DNA of 64,000 nucleotides, from IMG/VR virus record IMGVR_UViG_3300032245_001746, positions 255,858-319,857 of that record, one strand, 5' to 3'. The translations under genes and the position numbers were made by a program. The notes beneath the pieces were generated by a model. The model searched no databases. It saw nothing but the letters and a program-made list of their open reading frames with translations, and was not told where the DNA came from. This document shows, one piece after another, positions 9,070 to 17,341 of this stretch (positions within the stretch are counted from its first letter, which is position 1; every line of letters starts with the position of its first letter).

Positions 9070-9363
9070 CTAAATCATAGCAGCATTTCGAGCCGCACAT
9101 TTTCGTGCATAGTGCAATGATGGAGAATCACGTTTCAGTACAATTAAACCCTTTTTCTGAGTTTCATACATCCAGGTAACGCAGATTGCCTGGTTGACTT
9201 CTCCATTCTGATTTTCAATTTCCACTTCAGTTTCGCCAACAGGAATTTCTTCCTGTTCTTTCATGGTGGGAATGTCGTATCCCATGAAATCATTGGCTAA
9301 CGCATGGAAATAAATCCATGATACTGTGTTTTTTGGAAACGCATCGTAATGAAACAATCGCAT
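9070..9363 (-). CDS. Hypothetical protein
   Basis: TAG stop overlaps the repeat. Confidence 0.8.
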   Translation of the reverse strand: MRLFHYDAFPKNTVSWIYFHALANDFMGYDIPTMKEQEEIPVGETEVEIENQNGEVNQAICVTWMYETQKKGLIVLKRDSPSLHYARKCAARNAAMI

Positions 9364-9376
9364 TTGATTTGATCCT

Positions 9377-9440
9377 ATAGGTGGATATTACAGCAAGGTG
9401 TTTCACCTTTGTGTCTTATTTTGCTGTAATATCCACCTAT
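9377..9440. repeat. Perfect 20-bp inverted repeat in a 5' leader
   Basis: ATAGGTGGATATTACAGCAA / TTGCTGTAATATCCACCTAT, 24-nt loop. Confidence 0.9.
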
Positions 9441-9460
9441 CATCAGATTGTACAATCAAA

Positions 9461-9772
9461 CTAAGTGGTATCCCAATTTTCTTTCCAGAAAAGTGGCCAG
9501 GATTCTTCTGAATACCACGCTTCCCCCCACGATGGAGAGTCGTTTTCGTTGACTTCTTTCACTTTATCAGGATATTTTTCACATGCCTGATCAAATGAAA
9601 TTGATGTTTCATAAACGGCATCGTGCCATTTCATGGTTTGATGATCGATTTTGTTTCCAGGCAGAACCTTAGAACCGTTCGGAAAATAATATCCTCCCGG
9701 CTTGACTTCTGTCATTGCATCAGTCAATTCCTTTTCAGGATAACTACCTTGAGGCACAAGCAGAATTTTCAT
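9461..9772 (-). CDS. Hypothetical protein
   Basis: AAGGA RBS; stop overlaps the repeat. Confidence 0.8.
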   Translation of the reverse strand: MKILLVPQGSYPEKELTDAMTEVKPGGYYFPNGSKVLPGNKIDHQTMKWHDAVYETSISFDQACEKYPDKVKEVNENDSPSWGEAWYSEESWPLFWKENWDTT

Positions 9773-9818
9773 TGTGTATTCCTTGTGAAGTGATAAATCT
9801 CAATTGTACAATCAAACT

Positions 9819-9983
9819 TCATCGATCGGACTGATCTGGACCGTTTCCATATGGACCAACATATTTTGTTGATTCTGGTTTAGAAACGGGATCTGTCAAA
9901 GCTACACCGTTGCCGTATGGACCAACGTAATCAGATTTTTTCTTTTCGTCAACCTGAACGTCGATTTTAATTGTGATTGTCAT
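9819..9983 (-). CDS. Small protein with duplicated YVGPYGNG octapeptide
   Basis: Start trimmed to MTITIK. Confidence 0.7.
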   Translation of the reverse strand: MTITIKIDVQVDEKKKSDYVGPYGNGVALTDPVSKPESTKYVGPYGNGPDQSDR

Positions 9984-10048
9984 GATTGTTCTCTTTGAGA
10001 TTGTGATATCACTACATTGTACAATCAAACTTCATTGATTAAGTACGA

Positions 10049-10084
10049 CAAAAAATGCATGGATTTATTTCCATGCATTTTTTG
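10049..10084 (-). terminator. Intrinsic terminator
   Basis: CAAAAAATGCATGGA/TCCATGCATTTTTTG. Confidence 0.85.
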
Positions 10085-10326
10085 TTTTTCAATATAGGAG
10101 AAGAAATCAGATTTCAGGGGGAGCACGATTATTAATCATGGATGTGTCCAATATTGGATCGGGCTGCGGCGAATATTAGAGATGAAAAGAAAGAAATTTA
10201 TGTTTTAGGTCATGTCCTCATGGTAGTTTCTCCTTGACTAGTGGTTTTTGTTTTAGTTAAGTTTAACTTTTCTAACGTTCGTTGCATCGCAACATTGTAC
10301 AATCAAACTTCATTGATTAAGTACAT

Positions 10327-10359
10327 AAAAAAACAGAGATAAATTAATATCTCTGTTTT
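10327..10359 (-). terminator. Intrinsic terminator
   Basis: AAAACAGAGAT/ATCTCTGTTTT. Confidence 0.85.
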
Positions 10360-10441
10360 ACAACACGACTACGTATGGAACATTTATGTCAGCTTATTTG
10401 CTGGTATTGTTTTTGGGTCCAATCGAGTCGGGTGTTGTATC
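10359..10441 (-). ncRNA. Candidate small structured RNA, copy B
   Basis: Duplicate of 6787-6869 with its own promoter and terminator. Confidence 0.65.
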
Positions 10442-10461
10442 AATGGATTGTACAATCAAAC

Positions 10462-10638
10462 TCACTTCGTGAAGCTCAAAAGTGAAGCTACAAATCCAAC
10501 AAAACACCACAAAATCAACCAAATATGAGCCAATTTGATTGAAATTGGCAGTTTTTCTTTTTCTACCCAATGACCAATTGAGATGAAAATCACGAGAGAA
10601 GTCACCAACATTGCAAAAATAGCTTGGAATGTTGTCAT
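10462..10638 (-). CDS. Small two-TM membrane protein
   Basis: AAGGA RBS, MTTFQ start. Confidence 0.75.
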   Translation of the reverse strand: MTTFQAIFAMLVTSLVIFISIGHWVEKEKLPISIKLAHIWLILWCFVGFVASLLSFTK

Positions 10639-10713
10639 GTTTGTTTCCTTGTTTGATTTTTGATTCACTTCGATATCGGTTCATTGTACAATCAAACTTT
10701 TTATTGTTTTAAC

Positions 10714-10744
10714 AAAAAAAACAGGGATATTTCTATCCCTGTTT
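10714..10744 (-). terminator. Intrinsic terminator
   Basis: AAACAGGGATA/TATCCCTGTTT. Confidence 0.85.
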
Positions 10745-10769
10745 AATCGATTCTCTGAGATTTCTCAGA

Positions 10770-11180
10770 TTATGCAGCTTCTGCCGTTGTCGTCGGTTCC
10801 AGAACAACAGTTTCGACGGTTTCTTCTGCCGTTTCCGTTGTTTCGAGGACAACAGTTTCAGTTTCTTCGTCCGTTGGCAGTTCGACGTTCAGGTGTTCGC
10901 AGATCAGTTCGAGCATATCTGCGTTCTTGTCCGTCTTCGCGTCAACAATCGTGTCGATCAGAGAGGTAACAATTGTTCCCTTGAGGAACTGGAGAAGATA
11001 GTAACAGGCGAGTTCTGCGTCAGAACCCTGTTCCAGTGTCGCCATGAACTTGGCAAATACTTTTGCCATTGTCTTGTCGATTGTGCCGCCCTGTGAGTTC
11101 TTATTCTTAGAACCCTTCGGGCGTCCACGTCCACGCTTAGGAGCTTCGACGTTTACAGTTGTTTCGGCTGAATTTCCCAC
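10770..11180 (-). CDS. AT-hook protein with acidic C-terminal tail
   Basis: PKRGRGRPKGSKNKNS motif; E/T-rich tail. Confidence 0.8.
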   Translation of the reverse strand: MGNSAETTVNVEAPKRGRGRPKGSKNKNSQGGTIDKTMAKVFAKFMATLEQGSDAELACYYLLQFLKGTIVTSLIDTIVDAKTDKNADMLELICEHLNVELPTDEETETVVLETTETAEETVETVVLEPTTTAEAA

Positions 11181-11366
11181 GGCAGTAACCCTTTCAGAAT
11201 TGTTTTTGACTTGTCAACACCGTTGTTGACATCGTCATATTGTACAATCAAACTTCAAAGCCCTTCTCAACTTAGAGAAGGAAGTTTGACCTGACTCTTC
11301 CGAGTCATCTTTGAGTCATCCTTATGAGGAATCATTGTACAATCAAACTTAATTGATTTAAGGAAT

Positions 11367-11397
11367 AAAAAAAGCAGAGATGTATTATCTCTGCTTT
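11367..11397 (-). terminator. Intrinsic terminator after tRNA-Arg
   Basis: AAAGCAGAGAT/ATCTCTGCTTT. Confidence 0.85.
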
Positions 11398-11405
11398 ATA
11401 ATAAA

Positions 11406-11479
11406 TGTCCCCATCAGGGATCGAACCTGAAACCTACTGCTTAGAAGGCAGTTGCTCTATCCAATTGAGCTACGAGGAC
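11406..11479 (-). tRNA. tRNA-Arg(UCU), no CCA
   Basis: ACTGC-CTTCTAA-GCAGT anticodon arm; GTCCTCG/TGGGGAC acceptor. Confidence 0.92.
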
Positions 11480-11483
11480 AAAA

Positions 11484-11623
11484 GAAACAGACCGATTCAG
11501 CATTTCACTATCAATCAGGTGATACGCCCTTACTGGAACTGATATCCAATATTGAATATCAAAAGACGTTTTAAAGTGAAATTTTTTATTAATCCAGTTT
11601 ATCAGAATTGCTCAGTCTGTTTC
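11484..11623 (-). ncRNA. Candidate multi-stem RNA co-transcribed ahead of tRNA-Arg
   Basis: Nested stems plus a 7-bp pseudoknot, no ORF. Confidence 0.55.
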
Positions 11624-11646
11624 TAACTTCAAATTGTACAATCAAA

Positions 11647-11895
11647 CTATGCTGCGAGTCCAATTCGTTGATTCAATGAATTGAAGACACTTTCAACAAG
11701 TTGCTGTCCTGGAATCGGAAGATATTGCAACGTGAGAAGTCCATCGGTTTCAAGATCAAAAACAGACCCTACGTCTTCCATTTTGAATTCATAGGATTTC
11801 TGATTTGTGCATCTGACATAAAGTTCAACTCCTTTTTCAAAGGAAAGAAGTTTTGAACTTGTAGAATCATTTGTCAACAGAACGAAAAAAAACAT
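11647..11895 (-). CDS. Hypothetical protein
   Basis: AAGGA RBS; stop overlaps the repeat. Confidence 0.75.
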   Translation of the reverse strand: MFFFVLLTNDSTSSKLLSFEKGVELYVRCTNQKSYEFKMEDVGSVFDLETDGLLTLQYLPIPGQQLVESVFNSLNQRIGLAA

Positions 11896-11948
11896 GTTTG
11901 TTTCCTTGTGTTGTTTGAACCGACATCAACACATTGTACAATCAAACA

Positions 11949-12296
11949 TCACCAGCCGAATTCGATTTTTGACCGAACTTCATCAGACAATCCAGCTACA
12001 AAAACGGTCAAAGAAAAATCTTTGATCAATTTTCTGTAAACTTTGACACAATCAACAAAAGTTTTACAATCAATGTGAAAATCACGGAAATTGTCATTGT
12101 AGCCAAAAACATAGAATTCTGTTTTTGGTTTTGGTCTGGATTCGACACAGCCGCATTTTTCGCCATCAACACACAATGCGTCCAAAAATCCTTTTTTTGC
12201 ACGCCGATGTGCTTGCCACCATAGTGGACTTTTGTACTTTGGTGAAAAAACATCACCACAACTTTCACAAACAACATTGTACAGTGGAAGGTTCAT
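11949..12296 (-). CDS. Cys-rich putative zinc-binding protein
   Basis: CESC and further Cys; AAGGAG RBS. Confidence 0.75.
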   Translation of the reverse strand: MNLPLYNVVCESCGDVFSPKYKSPLWWQAHRRAKKGFLDALCVDGEKCGCVESRPKPKTEFYVFGYNDNFRDFHIDCKTFVDCVKVYRKLIKDFSLTVFVAGLSDEVRSKIEFGW

Positions 12297-12353
12297 CAGT
12301 GTTCTCCTTGATGACGAATCATTGTACAATCAAACTTTTTTGATTTAATCAAT

Positions 12354-12376
12354 AAAAAAGGAGGGTTTCCCCTCCT
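12354..12376 (-). terminator. Intrinsic terminator
   Basis: AGGAGGG/CCCTCCT with U-tract. Confidence 0.7.
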
Positions 12377-12405
12377 AGTAGTTTTAAATTGTAGAACGCT
12401 GTTTG

Positions 12406-12510
12406 CTAGAGTCCGAATTGATCCAGCAATTCTTCCAGACGACGCAATTCTCGTCGGTTCAAGCGATATCCAACAGACTTCAATCCGATAAGTCGGTCGA
12501 GTTCTTCCAT
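12406..12510 (-). CDS. 34-aa protein MEELDRLIGLKSVGYRLNRRELRRLEELLDQFGL
   Basis: Fills a promoter-terminator unit; below track cutoff. Confidence 0.6.
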   Translation of the reverse strand: MEELDRLIGLKSVGYRLNRRELRRLEELLDQFGL

Positions 12511-12564
12511 TTTTCTTTTTTCCAGAAGGGAGTGAAACAAATTGAACAACGTCACATTGTACAA

Positions 12565-12732
12565 TCAAACTTCTTCAGTTGAAACAACTGTAAATGAGTT
12601 GTCAACATATTGATTGTCTGAATTGTCTGGAATTTCAATGTCTTCAATGAGATCTTCTACAGTCTCACCGTCCTGGACAGTCAATTCGGTTTCAAATTTC
12701 ACCGAATATGTGACACGAATTTTCTTTGGCAT
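12565..12732 (-). CDS. Small acidic protein
   Basis: Start MPKKIR; ends EEV-TGA in the repeat. Confidence 0.75.
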   Translation of the reverse strand: MPKKIRVTYSVKFETELTVQDGETVEDLIEDIEIPDNSDNQYVDNSFTVVSTEEV

Positions 12733-12782
12733 TTTTGTTTTCCTGAGATTCACTAGATCAGAGATATGAGTACATTGTACAA

Positions 12783-13052
12783 TCAAAAACCAGAAAACGC
12801 ATCGTAGTATTTACTGAATGGTTGAGTTGTAGCAATTTCTTCAAGATTTTCGTTGGAAATCCAGCGAGAAAACGTTGAGTCGATATCGGTTGTGAATCTG
12901 ATTAAACTGCGATCTTCATCGCGATAAATCAAAACTCCCACATGATTTAACAAAGTTTCCTGATCTTCCACTTCTTCTTTTTTCATATTGTCATCAAAAT
13001 CAAAAACTGGTGCTTTTTTGATTTTGACATAAACAACATTATTTTTTGGCAT
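12783..13052 (-). CDS. Hypothetical protein
   Basis: Stop inside the repeat. Confidence 0.8.
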   Translation of the reverse strand: MPKNNVVYVKIKKAPVFDFDDNMKKEEVEDQETLLNHVGVLIYRDEDRSLIRFTTDIDSTFSRWISNENLEEIATTQPFSKYYDAFSGF

Positions 13053-13195
13053 GAAAGATCTCCGATAAGTAGAGATAGATATTAAGACACAAAGCCCGCA
13101 TTTTGTTTTGTTATTAGGTACATTACATGTGTCTTAACACTTATCCCTCGATATGAGTACATTGTACAATCAAACTTTATTGATTAAGTATAAAT

Positions 13196-13231
13196 AAAAA
13201 ACGTGAATCGTCTGGTAACGATTCACGTTTT
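13196..13231 (-). terminator. Intrinsic terminator
   Basis: AAAACGTGAATCGT/ACGATTCACGTTTT. Confidence 0.85.
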
Positions 13232-13338
13232 AATTTTAATTTTATTTAAAAATCTGAATACGCTCACATAATTCATTTTTGGTTGATTAGTCCAAAAATT
13301 GCTTTAGGAAGTCCAACCCTACTTAGACTCCTGCTAAA

Positions 13339-13506
13339 TTATGTGAGCCACCTGGGCAGTGATATAGAACACCAACGGTACTTGGCGAATTCCCGTTGGG
13401 TCTTGCTGTATTTTTCAACAGCTTCTTGAGATTCAAAATTAAGAAAGGGTTTTTCTTCAATGAATCCTACAACCACTGCCAGGATGATGAAAACCATCCT
13501 GAACAT
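13339..13506 (-). CDS. 55-aa membrane-anchored protein, paralog of 31157-31327
   Basis: AAGGAG RBS; EKYS..QR.FA..RW....WL motif. Confidence 0.75.
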   Translation of the reverse strand: MFRMVFIILAVVVGFIEEKPFLNFESQEAVEKYSKTQREFAKYRWCSISLPRWLT

Positions 13507-13546
13507 TTCTTTTTCTCCTTGATTGAGATATCAGAGAATTGTACAA

Positions 13547-13768
13547 TCAATCTTCGATAACGCCCGTACTGAATGTGTAAACGTTATCGGCATCTTCGTC
13601 ATTGTAGATCTCAAATTCATTTTCAAGAGATTCAATCTCTTCAGTATTCAACGGACGTTGAAATTGATTTTCAGCCAATTCTTTCAAGCGAATTTTTGCT
13701 TCATCCCAAGATGAAACCGCTGTACAAGCACCCAATGAATTGTTGTGAATTACACAAACAAACAACAT
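13547..13768 (-). CDS. Small acidic protein
   Basis: AAGGAG RBS; stop inside the repeat. Confidence 0.8.
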   Translation of the reverse strand: MLFVCVIHNNSLGACTAVSSWDEAKIRLKELAENQFQRPLNTEEIESLENEFEIYNDEDADNVYTFSTGVIED

Positions 13769-13814
13769 TTCTTTTTCTCCTTGATTGAGATATCAGAGAA
13801 TTGTACAATCAAAC

Positions 13815-14078
13815 TCAGAGTTCTTCCAATCCAAGACAATCAACAAAAGCCTTGACCAAATCACCATGAACACCACAATGAAGAACCTTGCCATCTGGAT
13901 TGGTAAGATCAAATCCGTCACCATCGAGACATGGAAGAATGGAAAGAACGTGATTTTCCTGTCGATCGTAAATCCGAACAACATTGTTCTGAGGAATAAC
14001 CTCAGTTGCGATATCAAATCGCTCATTAGAATCAGCAGCAGATTCCAGACGGTCCTGAACAGAATTGGAATTACACAT
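13815..14078 (-). CDS. Acidic hypothetical protein
   Basis: Start MCNSNS. Confidence 0.75.
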   Translation of the reverse strand: MCNSNSVQDRLESAADSNERFDIATEVIPQNNVVRIYDRQENHVLSILPCLDGDGFDLTNPDGKVLHCGVHGDLVKAFVDCLGLEEL

Positions 14079-14129
14079 TTTTTTGTTCCTTTGAGTTGTG
14101 TGTTGTTCCGATATCGGAAGATTGTACAA

Positions 14130-14399
14130 TCAAACTTCTTCAAGTGGCATTTCTCGTCCATATTGTTTAACATAATTAAACATATGAACATTAAAAATCA
14201 TAGATGGATCAAATGGTGTTTCATTCCATTTTATGATTTTGTAGTTTGATCTAACAGGACGATAAATACCAAGATCAATCCAACGTGATGTATCTCGATT
14301 TTCGATATTTGCTGAAATCCAATTTCCAACCACAACTCCATCCACCGCTACGAAAAAGCAATTTGGATTTATTGTGCTTTCAAGATATTGAATTTTCAT
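14130..14399 (-). CDS. Hypothetical protein
   Basis: Start MKIQYL; ends EEV-TGA in the repeat. Confidence 0.75.
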   Translation of the reverse strand: MKIQYLESTINPNCFFVAVDGVVVGNWISANIENRDTSRWIDLGIYRPVRSNYKIIKWNETPFDPSMIFNVHMFNYVKQYGREMPLEEV

Positions 14400-14634
14400 T
14401 TCGTCTCGGTAATAGAGTTTCTGCCACTGGCATTGAAACAGAATCAATTCCTTCGCCCAATGTTCCAATAGTAAACAATTTGATTCCAGTTGGAGACATT
14501 ACATCCCAATCACGACGATTGTCTGAGTTTTTCAGACAAATCAGCCCGCTGCGTTTTTCAAAACGCCGAATTGAATCTGGTTTTTGTATTGGTTTTTTCC
14601 CGGAAAATTTAGATAGCAAGTAAGTTCGGATCAT
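14380..14634 (-). CDS. Hypothetical protein
   Basis: GGAG RBS, MIRTY start. Confidence 0.75.
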   Translation of the reverse strand: MIRTYLLSKFSGKKPIQKPDSIRRFEKRSGLICLKNSDNRRDWDVMSPTGIKLFTIGTLGEGIDSVSMPVAETLLPRRNENSIS

Positions 14635-14684
14635 TGTCTCTCCAGTGTTGTTCCGATATCGAAGGATTGTACAATCAAACTTTA

Positions 14685-14873
14685 TCAATTGATTTTGAAG
14701 AACGCAATACGATACGTTTCAATCAAAATCAAAGATACAAATCCAGAAAGCACAACCATTGAAAGAGATTTAAAGTTGACTTCTGGATTCATTACCATGT
14801 TGTTAAAGAAAACTACAATCATGCCAATGAAAAAACTCATCAGAATTTGAAGAAATCGCAAAAATCGACTCAT
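14685..14873 (-). CDS. Small two-TM membrane protein
   Basis: Hydrophobic helices. Confidence 0.75.
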   Translation of the reverse strand: MSRFLRFLQILMSFFIGMIVVFFNNMVMNPEVNFKSLSMVVLSGFVSLILIETYRIAFFKIN

Positions 14874-14909
14874 GATTTTTTATGTTCCTGCATTGAAGGA
14901 ATTGTACAA

Positions 14910-15248
14910 TCAAACTTCCCAAGAGCACTCTGTTTCATGAAATTGATTCAGGCATTCTCTTGAACAAAAAGATGGATCATCAGCAAATTCTGATTTAATC
15001 CTACCATCAAGAATATGTTTTCCACAAATATGACAACAAAACATTTCTTTCAAATGATCAAGAATTGCTTGTTCAAGATTAGCAAAATGAGAAATCAGAT
15101 TGCAAGTTTCAATTCCGCCACCAGAAAAGCAACTGGAAGCTATTTCTTCAGCTTGTTTTTCAAGAGTATTGTGTCTTTTTACTTTTGACAAAGTCAATTG
15201 AAATTGTACAAAAGTATCAAGCAAAGCTCTAGCTTGAATATCGTTCAT
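14910..15248 (-). CDS. Protein with C-terminal CxxC...FCSxxC zinc finger
   Basis: CHIC and FCSREC; stop in the repeat. Confidence 0.8.
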   Translation of the reverse strand: MNDIQARALLDTFVQFQLTLSKVKRHNTLEKQAEEIASSCFSGGGIETCNLISHFANLEQAILDHLKEMFCCHICGKHILDGRIKSEFADDPSFCSRECLNQFHETECSWEV

Positions 15249-15287
15249 GTTGTTCTCCTAAGAGGAGATTGTACAATCAAACTTCAA

Positions 15288-15431
15288 TTAACTGAAATCC
15301 ATTTTCTCCAACCAATCAATGAAAACAACCAGAGCCAAGCTGAAAGCAAGAATGATTGGAAATCCAAGACAAATCAGATAATATGCAAATCCAACCCATA
15401 CTGTGGAATATGCCAAAAGAGCTTTTTTCAT
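15288..15431 (-). CDS. Small membrane protein
   Basis: AGGAG RBS, MKKALL. Confidence 0.7.
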   Translation of the reverse strand: MKKALLAYSTVWVGFAYYLICLGFPIILAFSLALVVFIDWLEKMDFS

Positions 15432-15459
15432 TGTTTTCTCCTGAAACAGGATTGTACAA

Positions 15460-15834
15460 TCAAACTTCATCAATTGATTTCAAATGATCATTAAATTGTT
15501 GCATGAGTGAACGAATGTTCTCTCTTCCAACTGTATTTGCTGAATGAACATAGAAATCAAAAGGTTTTGTGATATTTTTAACAATCCAATTGGCAACATC
15601 TTTGCCGGTTTTTGAGTTTTCACCAAGATCATGATCAAAAAAGATAAGATCATATACATTTGACGAAAGATATGCAATTGCTTCGTCATAATTGCGAGCA
15701 ATATGAACGTTTCGTCGATTTGCAGCAATGTATCTTCTTTGATCTTCATTGAAATTGGGAAGCATTGCCTTTTCGCGATATCGAAAAGAACAAACATAAC
15801 TAAAATCACGTTCATCATCAATGAAAAGAATCAT
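15460..15834 (-). CDS. Stand-alone receiver-like protein of the cyclic-phosphate-processing (cREC) type
   Basis: LFIDDER..ARNYDEA..DLIFFDHDLG..TGKDVA..HSANTVG. Confidence 0.8.
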   Translation of the reverse strand: MILFIDDERDFSYVCSFRYREKAMLPNFNEDQRRYIAANRRNVHIARNYDEAIAYLSSNVYDLIFFDHDLGENSKTGKDVANWIVKNITKPFDFYVHSANTVGRENIRSLMQQFNDHLKSIDEV

Positions 15835-15858
15835 TGTTAGCTTCCAAATTTAAGAAGA

Positions 15859-16044
15859 TTAAGTAGAAATTGATTCAATGAATTCTTGTTCGAATTCTTT
15901 GAATGACAATTCATGAACAAAAACAATTGTGCCTTTATCGATAGGCACAATTTCATATTTAGTTTTTATTCTTTGAATCAAATTCACATAATCTTCTTCG
16001 TGATCATAAATCGCAACAACGACAACATTGCTTCGAATTAACAT
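15859..16044 (-). CDS. Hypothetical protein
   Basis: Between tRNA-Leu and the cREC gene. Confidence 0.7.
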   Translation of the reverse strand: MLIRSNVVVVAIYDHEEDYVNLIQRIKTKYEIVPIDKGTIVFVHELSFKEFEQEFIESIST

Positions 16045-16063
16045 GGTTTTTATCCAAAAATAA

Positions 16064-16149
16064 TGTCGGAGACGGGAATCGAACCCGTACGCCCCTTCCA
16101 GGACCCAGGATTTTAAGTCCTGTGCGTCTGCCTATTTCGCCACTCCGAC
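16064..16149 (-). tRNA. tRNA-Leu(UAA), long variable arm, no CCA
   Basis: CAGGA-CTTAAAA-TCCTG anticodon arm; GTCGGAG/CTCCGAC acceptor. Confidence 0.95.
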
Positions 16150-16168
16150 GCATTTAATCATTGTACAA

Positions 16169-16357
16169 TCAAACTTCAGGGTTTGTTAATGGCCAAACAG
16201 AATATAACCATCTCAAACCCATTACATCAAATGCATCATCAAGTGATTTTCGAATTTTGTCAACATGCATAAAGGCTTCAGCCTCATTGAAAAATGGACC
16301 GTAAATTTGATGCACTCCATAGGGCTTTTCGACATAAATGATAAGAGTGTATTGCAT
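16169..16357 (-). CDS. Hypothetical protein
   Basis: Start MQYTL; stop in the repeat. Confidence 0.7.
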   Translation of the reverse strand: MQYTLIIYVEKPYGVHQIYGPFFNEAEAFMHVDKIRKSLDDAFDVMGLRWLYSVWPLTNPEV

Positions 16358-16430
16358 GATCAGTCCATTTTGTTTGTTGACTTCTGACATCGTCACATTG
16401 TACAATCAAACTTCATTGATTAAGTGTAAT

Positions 16431-16459
16431 AAAAAACAGGGATGTTTCCACCCCTGTTT
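16431..16459 (-). terminator. Intrinsic terminator
   Basis: AAACAGGG/CCCTGTTT. Confidence 0.8.
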
Positions 16460-16475
16460 CTCAGATCAATTGCCC

Positions 16476-16679
16476 TTAACCATTATGATCAAAATCGAAC
16501 TCAAATTCGTATTCGTCTTCAGACAAAAAGCAATCGAATTCTTCTTGAAGAATTTCATCAAAAAGAAGAATTTCTTCAATGTAATCATCAAGAAGAAGTT
16601 CGTCAAACAATTCGATTTCTTCTTCTCGATCTTCTTCAGTTGCTTCGAAGAAGTCGGGCAATGTGCTGGTACGAATCAT
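16476..16679 (-). CDS. Extremely acidic 67-aa protein (DNA-mimic candidate)
   Basis: 27 D/E versus 2 R; AAGGA RBS. Confidence 0.75.
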   Translation of the reverse strand: MIRTSTLPDFFEATEEDREEEIELFDELLLDDYIEEILLFDEILQEEFDCFLSEDEYEFEFDFDHNG

Positions 16680-16733
16680 TGGAAATTCCTTGAAGTTTTG
16701 ATTGAATTGAACCAACATCAGTCAATTGTACAA

Positions 16734-17015
16734 TCAAACTAATGTGGCACCTTCCGGAATTTGCCATTTTTCATTTTCTGATGGTTTTGGCTTAAACCAT
16801 GTTGATTCAATAGCATCAGAAGATGATTTTGCCATTGAACAAATGGCATTTAATTGCCACATTGCTTCTTTCAAATCATTCCGAGCAGACAAAAATAATC
16901 GAATCAATGTCTCAACATTATCTCGATTCGATACAATTTCATCAATAATGTGTTCAGGTACTTCATCACATTTCTCTGCTTCATCAAGCAGAGATAAAAT
17001 GTTTTGATTTGACAC
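16734..17015 (-). CDS. Hypothetical protein
   Basis: GGAG RBS, GTG start; stop in the repeat. Confidence 0.75.
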   Translation of the reverse strand: MSNQNILSLLDEAEKCDEVPEHIIDEIVSNRDNVETLIRLFLSARNDLKEAMWQLNAICSMAKSSSDAIESTWFKPKPSENEKWQIPEGATLV

Positions 17016-17017
17016 TT

Positions 17018-17302
17018 TTACTCTCCAGGTGGATACTTAGGATCAGGGGCGGGTAAATGTTCTGATGATTTTTCTTTTTTTGGCCAATCATTTTTGGCAT
17101 ATCCGATATGTTGAGCCTGACCGCTTTGAATATCGGTAATGTCAATGATGTTTGACCATGTTCCTGAAATGTGTTTTCTTTCAAAACCAAATTCTTCAGC
17201 GTAATGATCAAGAATCTGGTTTAATGAAAGAAACTCGATTCTATGGACAACAAGGACTGTAAATACCTGATTGTCATAAAATACTACAATGCCATTTTCC
17301 AT
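17018..17302 (-). CDS. Hypothetical protein
   Basis: First ORF after promoter 17325. Confidence 0.75.
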   Translation of the reverse strand: MENGIVVFYDNQVFTVLVVHRIEFLSLNQILDHYAEEFGFERKHISGTWSNIIDITDIQSGQAQHIGYAKNDWPKKEKSSEHLPAPDPKYPPGE

Positions 17303-17341
17303 TGAATTCTCTCATTGGAGACAGATTGTACAATCAAACTC

